Notes under the pieces: model-generated
Told to the model about the DNA's origin: nothing
Databases searched by the model: none
What the model saw: the letters and a program-made list of their open reading frames with translations, nothing else
Assembly: GCF_001194135.2 (NCBI RefSeq)
Contig: NC_068995.1
Location: 37,790,196 to 37,843,495, forward strand
Reading direction: 5' to 3'
Origin: Octopus bimaculoides
Lineage: Eukaryota
Length of the DNA: 53,300 bases
Made by a program: the position numbers and the translations under genes
In this document: piece after piece, positions 13,311 through 23,384 of the stretch
How positions within the stretch are numbered: the first letter of the stretch is position 1
How the letters are laid out: each line of letters begins with the position of its first letter

Positions 13311-14643
13311 AAATCCGTTGAAATTGGTAAACGTCTAGCTGAAAATGAATTGGAGACAACTTGATTGCGAAATCCCATAAGGAATCGGTTTATCGATTTT
13401 TTTCCACTCCTCAATTTTTGTTTTCCGTTTTTGGAGAACTTAAAGCATTCAAAGATCCCAGGAGACCTATGTAATGTTGGCATCAAGTTTGAATAAAATA
13501 CATCAAATTTGGTAAAAGTTATGGTTGNNNNNNNNNNNNNNNNNNNNNNNNNNNNNNNNNNNNNNNNNNNNNNNNNNNNNNNNNNNNNNNNNNNNNNNNN
13601 NNNNNNNNNNNNNNNNNNNNNNNNNNNNNNNNNNNNNNNNNNNNNNNNNNNNNNNNNNNNNNNNNNNNNNNNNNNNNNNNNNNNNNNNNNNNNNNNNNNN
13701 NNNNNNNNNNNNNNNNNNNNNNNNNNNNNNNNNNNNNNNNNNNNNNNNNNNNNNNNNNNNNNNNNNNNNNNNNNNNNNNNNNNNNNNNNNNNNNNNNNNN
13801 NNNNNNNNNNNNNNNNNNNNNNNNNNNNNNNNNNNNNNNNNNNNNNNNNNNNNNNNNNNNNNNNNNNNNNNNNNNNNNNNNNNNNNNNNNNNNNNNNNNN
13901 NNNNNNNNNNNNNNNNNNNNNNNNNNNNNNNNNNNNNNNNNNNNNNNNNNNNNNNNNNNNNNNNNNNNNNNNNNNNNNNNNNNNNNNNNNNNNNNNNNNN
14001 NNNNNNNNNNNNNNNNNNNNNNNNNNNNNNNNNNNNNNNNNNNNNNNNNNNNNNNNNNNNNNNNNNNNNNNNNNNNNNNNNNNNNNNNNNNNNNNNNNNN
14101 NNNNNNNNNNNNNNNNNNNNNNNNNNNNNNNNNNNNNNNNNNNNNNNNNNNNNNNNNNNNNNNNNNNNNNNNNNNNNNNNNNNNNNNNNNNNNNNNNNNN
14201 NNNNNNNNNNNNNNNNNNNNNNNNNNNNNNNNNNNNNNNNNNNNNNNNNNNNNNNNNNNNNNNNNNNNNNNNNNNNNNNNNNNNNNNNNNNNNNNNNNNN
14301 NNNNNNNNNNNNNNNNNNNNNNNNNNNNNNNNNNNNNNNNNNNNNNNNNNNNNNNNNNNNNNNNNNNNNNNNNNNNNNNNNNNNNNNNNNNNNNNNNNNN
14401 NNNNNNNNNNNNNNNNNNNNNNNNNNNNNNNNNNNNNNNNNNNNNNNNNNNNNNNNNNNNNNNNNNNNNNNNNNNNNNNNNNNNNNNNNNNNNNNNNNNN
14501 NNNNNNNNNNNNNNNNNNNCCTTTTATATATATACAGACATATATACATATATAGCGAGAGACAAGCATACACACACATATGTGTGTATATAGATATATA
14601 TCTATATATTTATATACATACATATATATTTAAATCCATATAA

Positions 14644-14686
<43 letters not shown>

Positions 14687-14908
14687 CGCCAGTATATGGT
14701 TAATAGCTGCCAATAAATTTGTTGGTTGTTTGATGTCTCCAATATCCAGAGCATGACGGGAAATACACGTTTTGTCAATTATAAATCAGATAGCTTTTAC
14801 AATATAGTAAATTTAGTTCATACTGATATAAAATCTGGATAAATAATATGCATGTATTGCATATGTATAAGGTGAAATTTGTTTCTGTGTCACGGGTAAC
14901 GCTATAGA

Positions 14909-14909
<1 letters not shown>

Positions 14910-14948
<39 letters not shown>

Positions 14949-14989
14949 GTATGTATGTATGTATGTATGTATTTATGTATTTATGTATG

Positions 14990-15061
<72 letters not shown>

Positions 15062-15094
15062 CATCCATCCATCCATCTCTCTATCTATCCATCC

Positions 15095-15148
<54 letters not shown>
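14910..15148. repeat. Compound tetranucleotide microsatellite (TATG)n(TCTG)n(TCTA)n(TCCA)n
   Basis: Read directly. Confidence 0.97.
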
Positions 15149-15157
<9 letters not shown>

Positions 15158-16559
15158 CTCCTGTTTTATATAATTTAGTTTTCCGTTAAGGTAAGATCAA
15201 GAGAAAATGTACTCCATGTGGTGAATGTTAGTTACTGTTTTATTTACTCTATATATAGTCTTGAGGTACTAAAAGTTTCATATATTGAAAATATTATCCT
15301 GGCAGGTTTTAAAACACGCCTAGTTTTCCCAAGTAACCTGCTGCCTCTGGGCACATGACCTATACAAGTTGCAAGTCAGAACAATAGAACAAGAGAAATC
15401 ACGAGAAAATACCAGAAGTTGGAATGTTGAAAAAAGCCGAAACAGAAACAAAAAGAGAAACAAAAACATATTAGAGTTATGTCCCCTTTGACCGTAGAAT
15501 CTGAAAGCTATATGGTGTAGAATCAACAGACAAAATCTAATATCTGCAATACAGCTACTGAATCCGGAGAAGGTTGTGTTCTAGAAGTCGCCAAAAGAAA
15601 TTGTTCCATATATTTGCAATTCAGCAGTTCAGTTGAATTCTGATATCTAAGAAGGATAAATCGGTCTTTCGGCTACGCGTAATTTGAATCTTGTTTATCC
15701 ATTTACATATTGCATAGATTCTTCTCAGATTATTCATTTGAATGTAGGAAATGTGGAGCTAGTCTTCAAAACACACACGTGGGTACAAACTTACTGGCTT
15801 TACTTTTGTCCATATTGTGATATAGCTTGCAGGAAGAACTCCTGGATACTCTGAACATTCCGGACCAAACAGAAAGATGACATCAGACCATCGCCTCTGT
15901 TCCCCCCCACCACCCACACACACCAAACAAAACATTACGATAATTGAGTCACTCAAGAAAATATTCACTAAGAAAATAAAGGGCATGACCGATCTTGTAT
16001 ATTGGCATCACCATTAAATATTCAATATTTATACTCTCTACGCCATTGTTAACAGTACTTGATTTACACAATGTGAGAATATACCATCCTAGTATCAAGA
16101 TTGAACGAAAAATATTTCCTTGAGAAAATGAGTGGAGTTATCCTAGTTTCGATTTAGAAAAAAGTGACTTTCTGCAGTAGGTTCATAGTGACTGTGGCTT
16201 TGTGTGCTGCCATAACATGCAAAATTTACTGGAGAAAATAGGAATTCCAATCTACTACTCAACTAAATGGCGACTGATCTTCGATATCTGAAATCGAAGA
16301 TTAAAGTGTTTCCTCCTCACAATGACAATTTATATGATAGGGTTCCAATGGAGCAGTCAATTTGCTTTCGTGAATGTATGGTGACATAAATAGAGTAGAG
16401 CTATTGACTTGTTGCATTACCACAAGCACAATTGGATCATCTGTGCTGACCTTAAAATGCTATGTTGCCTACTGGGTCAGCAACACTGATACATCAAGTA
16501 TCCTTACTTTCTATCCATGTGTGACAGAAGAGATCGGTAAAATCATTGGGTGCAGAGGA

Positions 16560-17193
16560 ATTGGCCTCCAAGATCTAACCTCAAACCTGGTGATCTGCAC
16601 ATTCTACAAATGACACATTGATATAAAGAAAATTATATTCCTACCTCTGAACATGAAACTGGACTTCATAAAGCAGTTCATTAAAATATTTCCAACTGAA
16701 GGCGAGTGTTTCGAATATTCACTTTGTCATATCCTGGCCTGTCAATTGAAAAAAAAAAAAGAGCAAGGTCATTTTGATTGATGGTCAATAGATTCGACAG
16801 CTCATCAAAGACGAACATTTTATTGAGACAATGTCAGAATTCGAAAAGACCAACATTCAAAGACTTTGTTAATAATTTTCTTGGAAATACACAAGCCAAG
16901 CAAAGAATTACAACGAAATTGCTCAGATACCACCAGAAAGCTACAAAACACTCAGTTATTGCTTGAGCACGAAGTTTGCATTTTCTGCATACCCATCTTG
17001 CTCACTTCCCAGAAACTTCGGTAAGGTCAGCAATGAGCAAGGTGAAAGAATCTACCAATACTTGAAAGTCATGGAGGAACAGTATCATGGTAGATGGGAT
17101 ATAAATAATATGACTGATAATTGTTGGAACATAACCGAAATTGTCCAGAGAGTGAACGCTAGGAAAAGTTATGAGAGCAAATTTTTAGCTTAA
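16560..17193 (+). mobile_element. Decayed DNA transposase, probably CMC/Chapaev3-like
   Basis: Frameshifted segments MKLDFIKQFIK, DGQ*IRQLIKDEHFIETMSE, FKDFVNNFLGN, LHFLHTHL and NFGKVSNEQGERIYQYLKVMEEQYHGRWD match a widespread invertebrate transposase with an SDEQGERFHQ motif. The superfamily label is from memory. Confidence 0.65.
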
Positions 17194-17620
17194 GTAGTTA
17201 ACCACAATTTAAATTACTGTAACATCTTTTCTATGAAAAGCATAAATTTGTACAAACATTACAATTAAGCAAAATTTTATTGTCAGATACCGTATATTTA
17301 TGGTTTTTCAGGTAAAGCGAAGGTATCCTGAAATGGTTAATGTGATACAGAAAAACGGAAGTCATTTTGGAAACAGAATTGAGGCCAGCCGTTAATCTAA
17401 AACAAGCGTTAGAAAATTTTGCTTCACACGGTAATCAGTAGTATAAAATTGGTACTTGAAGATGATAATTTTTTCAATGGTATGAAAATGTTCAACGAAA
17501 TTTAAGCTGCTGTTCCTTTGCATATATTGCTGTGAGTACTTTTATTGCTTTGTATATGTAGCTGAAACGTTAGTAAATGACATTGCATTTTCAAGCATTG
17601 AATTGTATGGTTATCTACCT

Positions 17621-17637
17621 ACTTTTATTTCTTTCAG
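17621..17637 (+). promoter_or_regulatory. Candidate 3' splice acceptor of a 5'-UTR intron, receptor copy 1
   Basis: acttttatttctttcag, 532 nt upstream of the ATG. A homologous site with homologous downstream sequence lies upstream of copy 2. Confidence 0.5.
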
Positions 17638-18169
17638 ATTGCCGAGTCACCTTGTTACTTCGTACATATTTGGCACCAAATAATTACTTCAATTTTTCCA
17701 TTTATAAACATTGCTACGTGAACGGATATCTATTTGGAATCGCAGTCGTATAAGTATTAAAGCTGACTTGCATAGATACTTCTAACGCAATTAAATGATT
17801 AAATATCCTTGTCTAATCAAGTGGAAAAATAATATTCTCATTTTAATAACCAATTTAACCCGAAAAAAAAAGCATCTTCATGAAATATTGTATATATCAA
17901 AACACATTTAAAAATAAGTGCTGCATTGTGGGATAACTCGTTGCTTACATAGTGCATTTAAAGTGAGATTTGTGTATTAAATGCATTCTATAAATCTGTA
18001 GTGTTCTCTCGAAAACTCTATATATCTTATTTCGTTTAGCAATGCTAAACTGTACAACAGTTATTTAGTTCAGCACAACGATTACAAAATTGATACAAAA
18101 AAAAATATTTACTGGGAAACATTAGCACAAGAATATACCAATATAAAACACTTGAAAATATTACAGAAA

Positions 18170-19369
18170 ATGATGCTCATGAAATATTTGACTTTTAGCT
18201 TGAGTTCAATTGTATTGATAGTAAATTCCAACCCAACGCATGAGGATGAAGAGCGATTGAAAAATACCTTGCTTTTGAATTATAGAAAAGATATAAGACC
18301 TGTTTTTAATCTGTATACAACTATTGATGTAAGTATTAACTTGACTCTTCACACACTGTATGACTTGGACTTCGTAAATAACTTACTGAAGGCTCGGTAT
18401 TTGATTTCAGCATGGTGGACTGATGAATATCTGACCTGGAATCCATTGGACTATAACAACATTGAACACATATATATACCAGAAAATCTTATATGGACGC
18501 CATCTCTGATGATGTGTAATTCAGTGAATGAGCAAGGTGATTCGAATATCAATCGCGAAGTATACGTTGACTATGAAGGAACAGTGTATTTGTGGTCTCT
18601 TAAGTACATAGAGACCTATTGCCAAGTCAACGCTTATACGTATCCATTTGATGTCCATTACTGCGGAATAGAAATGTGTGTTCCTTTACATTCTCCTAAC
18701 GAAACAAGAATACAAACAATCTATTACCGGAATATGAATTTTACAGAAAACTACAAGTGGGATATTCATTTCTCTGGTGAGGCAAATGGCAAAGTCGAAG
18801 AATTCAGTTATGCATTAGTGGGAATGAGGTTACGACGTAAACTCACCGTAGGAATCCTAGCTATGTTGATTCCGACAGTAATGATGACTATTTTAACTGT
18901 TTTTGTTTTTCTTCTGCCTCCTGAGTCAGGGGAGAAAGTCTCTTTAGCAACAACAATATTTTTATCAAACGTCTTGTATCTTGTTCAAATCGATAAGAAT
19001 ACACCAAAAAATTCGAAAAATCCTTCACTGCTTATCTTATATTTAATGTTATTGTCAATGTTAAGTGGTATCGTCACACTTGGATCTGTGGTTATAAGCA
19101 AGTTGCATGTTAATCAATCATCTCAAGAAAATAAAAACAAAACTCAAAATAACAAAGTTGCAGATGCTTCAATAATTTCCACGGTAAAATCACAAACTCT
19201 TCATGAAAAAGAACTTCAAAGTAAGAAAAAGAGAAACTGCATTTCCGATCACGAAAGACTGGATGCCATATTTCTAAAAATTGCCATCGTATTATTGGTT
19301 ATAATTTCAATAGTGTTTTTAGTTTTGTTATTTGAGTTTGATGACTTACAAGACCAACAATATTTATGA
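18170..19369 (+). CDS. Atypical nicotinic acetylcholine receptor-like Cys-loop subunit (cephalopod chemotactile receptor-like), copy 1; 399 aa, uninterrupted CDS
   Basis: First ATG at 18170 (the track start at 18152 is TTG). Signal peptide, RP(V) motif, WTD.YL.W, WTP, Cys-loop C-x13-C (CQVNAYTYPFDVHYC), pre-M1 LRRK, M1, PPESGEK-M2, M3, short intracellular loop, M4. No vicinal CC. Confidence 0.95.
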   Translation: MMLMKYLTFSLSSIVLIVNSNPTHEDEERLKNTLLLNYRKDIRPVFNLYTTIDVSINLTLHTLYDLDFVNNLLKARYLISAWWTDEYLTWNPLDYNNIEHIYIPENLIWTPSLMMCNSVNEQGDSNINREVYVDYEGTVYLWSLKYIETYCQVNAYTYPFDVHYCGIEMCVPLHSPNETRIQTIYYRNMNFTENYKWDIHFSGEANGKVEEFSYALVGMRLRRKLTVGILAMLIPTVMMTILTVFVFLLPPESGEKVSLATTIFLSNVLYLVQIDKNTPKNSKNPSLLILYLMLLSMLSGIVTLGSVVISKLHVNQSSQENKNKTQNNKVADASIISTVKSQTLHEKELQSKKKRNCISDHERLDAIFLKIAIVLLVIISIVFLVLLFEFDDLQDQQYL

Positions 19370-20020
19370 TGTGTCTGTTAATTTACGAATCATAATTTTT
19401 ATCTTTTATTTTTCATATATCCTATATATTTTCTTAGACATTCTATGATCACGACGGAGTTTCGGTGTAATCAAAATATTTAAAGAATTTGCCTTGTACT
19501 TCTAAAACTCAGTCCCGATTGCTACTATAGATATATAACTGATATTAAATAATTAAATGTGCCATTGCCATGCTACAGTGTATTTGAACAAAGTAGTAAT
19601 GAAGAGAGTTATTGCTTTCGCAAATAAGGCTTAATTTAAATTTCAAGCATGATATTATAAATTTTAATAAGTTTGATAATTGTAATTTGGTCAGTAATTC
19701 GTTTCGAAGGTAGTGGCGTAAAAGATTCAACTGTAAACAGCGACATTTATGAATTATACATCTAAGGTTATGTGTTATTACAAGAAATGCAAGCATATGG
19801 GGATGCGTCGAAATATACGATCATGTAACACATTCATATTCGGTATATGAAAGTGAGCATTGAAGAACAGTTAATATTGTAAGGAAATAAGTGACACAGA
19901 AAATAAAAGTGTTTTAACGTCTTTTGAGTTTAGTGTTACACCGTATGACATTTTACATAATCTCTTTGATACATATATGTATATATGTGTGTGTGTGTGT
20001 GTATGTGTGCGTGTGTATAT

Positions 20021-20168
20021 ATAGGCGTGACTGTGTACGAAGAATCTTGCTTTCTAACCACATAGCTCTGGGTTCAGTTCCACTGAAGTGTATTCTTCAC
20101 TAACATCGGGCCGACCAAAAACTTGTGAGTGGATTTAGTAGATAAATACTGCAAGAAGCCCGTCATAT
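20021..20168 (+). mobile_element. Degenerate copy of an abundant tRNA-related SINE
   Basis: Homologous to the cleaner copy at 25116-25282 (gggttcagttccactg, cgggccgacc, ttgtgagtggattt, aagaagcccgtc). Confidence 0.75.
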
Positions 20169-22609
20169 ATTTAGATATTTATATGTCTCTATGTGTGTGA
20201 CCTTGTGAGTGCGTTTGTCGCCCCCATCATCGTTTGAGAACCGTTTATTCCACATAACGTAGCAGCTCGGCAAATGAGACTGATAGGCTTTAAAAATAAG
20301 TCCTGGGATCAAATTGTTTGATTAAAATCTAGCATGGCCGCAATCCAATGACTGAAACAAAAGATAAAAGATATAACAAATATACGAATGCAGAAAATCA
20401 AATCTTTAATTGGTGATTCCACTATGCAATATCGACGATGGTTTCTGTTGTATCAACATATAGAGATACAGGAAATATCAGTCAATCTGAAATAAGCGAA
20501 AATGTATGTTAACACAACATTATCAAGGCAATGCAAAATTTGTTAAATTCAAAGTGATATCTTACGATAATCGGGGCTATGCCCGTCTGCTTGTCCGTTT
20601 GTCCATCTCTCTGTCTGTTCCCTCTTCGCGGCCAGAAGGTTGGACCAGTGGTTACGATATTTTTTAGGGTTACAAAGACCCTCATCTGGAAGGGTTTTAG
20701 CGTTAAACAAATCAGAAAGTATGATTCTTTCGTGGATATCGGTTTTTGAATTGACGAACCAACTTCGCATTTTTATTAAAAATTCACCGACGGCGAGTAA
20801 CTCTGCATTTTCATCGTATACTTGATGGCTCCATCGTAGATACGAAGGCGAAAATAAATGGGAAAAAGTGTATGTCAGTATATAGTGTGGGTGATTATTT
20901 AGTGGTTAAAATGTGTCCGTCTCGAGCAGGATTCGAAACGGCTAATCGAAACGGCTGTTGTTTACATCTTGGTTTTGTCAATCAACATAACCCACTATAA
21001 CAGAACATCCAGACATTATTCGCATAGATCAGTGAAAGTTAAGTCTTGGTTTGATTTTTTGCAACCCTAAAGATTCAGCTCGTGCATTTACTGCAAATAT
21101 CGCACATGGCCAGACTTTAGATCTGTATTTTAAACGACTACACATTTCTGTAAGACATCAACCAATAATCAAACAATCAAACATATCCTCTTCATGGATG
21201 ATTTGAATTTGTATGAAAGGGATAAGGCACAAATGAGTTCTTTGTGGAACACGGTCCTTGCTTTAGTGTTGATTTTAGAAAGTAACTTGGACTCAAGAAG
21301 TGTGGTATAATGTACACGAAAGGAGGCAAGGTATAATCACTGGAATTACCTTCTAGAGAATTGATTAAACAAATTGAAAAGAAAGGCCACAAATGCCATG
21401 GCATACAAGAGTTCAACGAAACCATGGAGAAGGAAATGAAAGAACAACTTAGGGGTGGAATATTTCCGAAAACTAAGATTGGTGTTGCACTCAAAGTTCA
21501 CCGGATGGAACTTATCCGAAAACTAAGATTGATATTGCGCTCAAAATTGACCGGATGGAATAAAATCCAAGCAGTTAATATATGGGCAATAACATCATTT
21601 AGGTATGGAACTGGAATCATAAACTCACAAACGAAAGAACTGATGAACATAGATATGCAGTCAAGAAGAATATTGACGGTATACAAAGACTTCTACATTA
21701 AGAGAGGCACCGATAAGTTATACTTGCCCAGAAAAAAAAAATGGGACAAGTTTGATCAGCTGTTAGGATTGTATCAAAACAGAGGAAACCAACTTAAGGG
21801 TGGTATGTAACCGTGGAACTATCGTTGAAACATATGAATAAGCCCGGCGTCAACAAAGTTGATAATTTGGTAAAGAAAGGAAGACTTAGAGAGGAAAAGA
21901 AGGCAAAGAAGAAACAGCTTGCTAGGAGAGAAAATGTATAGTCAGTTTGCATGAGATACGAACACGAAGACAGCTACAGAAGACCGGTGGCTATGGATGA
22001 GAAATAGTGATCTGAAAATAGAGAACTAAGTACTAATATGAGAGACACAAGAACAAGTATTACGAACTATATGAAGTGCAGTATCGACGACACTATCGAG
22101 AGTTACAAACGCGGAAGGTGTGGTGAGAGGGGTGAAACGGTATGGCACGTCGTTAGCGAATGTCCGAAATTCGTACAACGCGATTACAAATGACGACATG
22201 ACAATGTTGCGAGAACGATACATTGGGAGCACTAAGAAAACCACAGCCTATAAAGGGCAAGACGTGGTCTGAGAAAACCCTCGAAGGAGCCACCGAAAAT
22301 GAAGATTGCAAAATCGTGTGGGATGCAACGATTCAGTTCGATCGCCTGACCGGACATCGGAAGCCGGACACTGATGTGGCGAATAAAAAAGAAAGATTTT
22401 GCATGATAATCAACATAACAGACTCATAGAAAAAGCTGAACAACTACGACGATTTGAAGTGGGAAATACGAAGGTTGTGGTATATGAAGAGAGAAGGCGT
22501 GATATCAATAATAACTGGCGCACTTCGAATTATCAGCACTTATTAAGACTCAAACAGATTGTACTTTATTTACATTTGACGGATATTTGTCCTCATCTTG
22601 TTTATTGTT

Positions 22610-22652
22610 AACACAACGTTTCGGCTTATACCTGGTGCCTTCATCAGGAGTC
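22610..22652 (-). ncRNA. Minimal hammerhead ribozyme motif in a Penelope-like terminal repeat (22561-22700)
   Basis: Minus strand reads gactc CTGATGA a ggc-accaggtataa-gcc GAAA CG TT gtgtt. Stem III is palindromic ACGT and stem I has one mismatch. Confidence 0.7.
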
Positions 22653-22716
22653 TTGGGGAAATTTCGAACGAGAGTTCTCATTCCTAAGGTAATTTTTGAT
22701 TTTGTGGTTGTTGTTG

Positions 22717-22764
<48 letters not shown>

Positions 22765-22765
<1 letters not shown>

Positions 22766-22826
22766 GGCGTAGTAGTTAAGAGCGCGGGCTACTAACTCTG
22801 AGTTCAATTCCAAGCAGTGACTTGAA
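22765..22826 (+). mobile_element. tRNA-derived SINE head between microsatellites
   Basis: A-box-like TGGCGTAGTAG and B-box-like GAGTTCAATTCC, with no tRNA cloverleaf 3' half. Confidence 0.6.
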
Positions 22827-22838
22827 TAATAATAACAA

Positions 22839-22935
<97 letters not shown>

Positions 22936-23049
22936 CATCGAAAATACCTTTGGGAATGAGAACACGNNNNNNNNNNATAATAATAATAATAATAATAATA
23001 AACATCGAAAATACCTTTGGGAATGAGAACACGTTCGACATTTCCCCAA

Positions 23050-23092
23050 GACACCTGATGAAGGCTGGAGGGTATATCAGCCGAAACGTGTT
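23050..23092 (+). ncRNA. Minimal hammerhead ribozyme motif, inverted sister of 22610-22652, in repeat ~23008-23150
   Basis: gacac CTGATGA a ggctg-gagggtatat-cagcc GAAA CG T gtt; a small deletion affects the cleavage site and stem I 3' strand. Confidence 0.65.
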
Positions 23093-23384
23093 AACAACAG
23101 GCAAGATGAGGACAAAATCCGTCAAATATAAATAATGTAAATAATGTACCTAATTCCTCATCTCTTATATATAGAACTGTATTATCAAAGAGATTGATAG
23201 AAAAGCGCAGACAGAACATCTACAAAAATTAGCATCCCTAGAAACTGCAAGAATTCTTCGCGTGACATAGAACTTCTGGTCCGTATCAACGATTTCAGGT
23301 CATCATAAATATTGAACGTTTTACCATTCAAAGTATTTTGCAAAATTCGAAATAAATTGTAATCTAATAGTGCAAGGTCAGGAC

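Larger units (their letters stand above)
21170..23270 (+). mobile_element. Decayed R4/Dong-like non-LTR retrotransposon (RT, zinc knuckle, restriction-like endonuclease), split by a nested insertion at ~22561-23175
   Basis: FMDD (21191-21202); KLRLILRSKLTGWNKIQAVNIWA; KLYLPRK; RCGERGETVWHVVSEC; RHDNV; HRKPD (~22355-69); VISIITGAL. It resumes after the insert with EHLQKLASLETARILRVT (to 23270). Confidence 0.8.

Noticed and set aside
13528-14519. A third receptor hidden in a gap
   Set aside because: All gaps are under about 1 kb as sized, shorter than the 1.2 kb CDS, and no receptor fragments flank them. Gap sizes are estimates, so this is not fully excluded.
18161-18166. ttacag just before the copy 1 ATG as a splice acceptor
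   Set aside because: Weak pyrimidine tract, and the AG is not conserved in copy 2 (aattg).
18152-18169. ORF-track starts at TTG (18152; also 45628)
   Set aside because: Eukaryotic gene; the aligned ATG-ATG at 18170 and 45634 gives matching signal peptides.
19448-19475. Minus-strand gaaactccgtc resembling a hammerhead 3' half in the copy 1 3' flank
   Set aside because: No CUGANGA or stem II upstream.
22765-22826. Possible tRNA gene
   Set aside because: It has A and B boxes but no complete cloverleaf; treated as a SINE head.
22933-23033. Direct repeat of aaacatcgaaaatacctttgggaatgagaacacg on both sides of a 10-N gap
   Set aside because: Probably overlapping contig ends (assembly artefact) rather than a true tandem copy.
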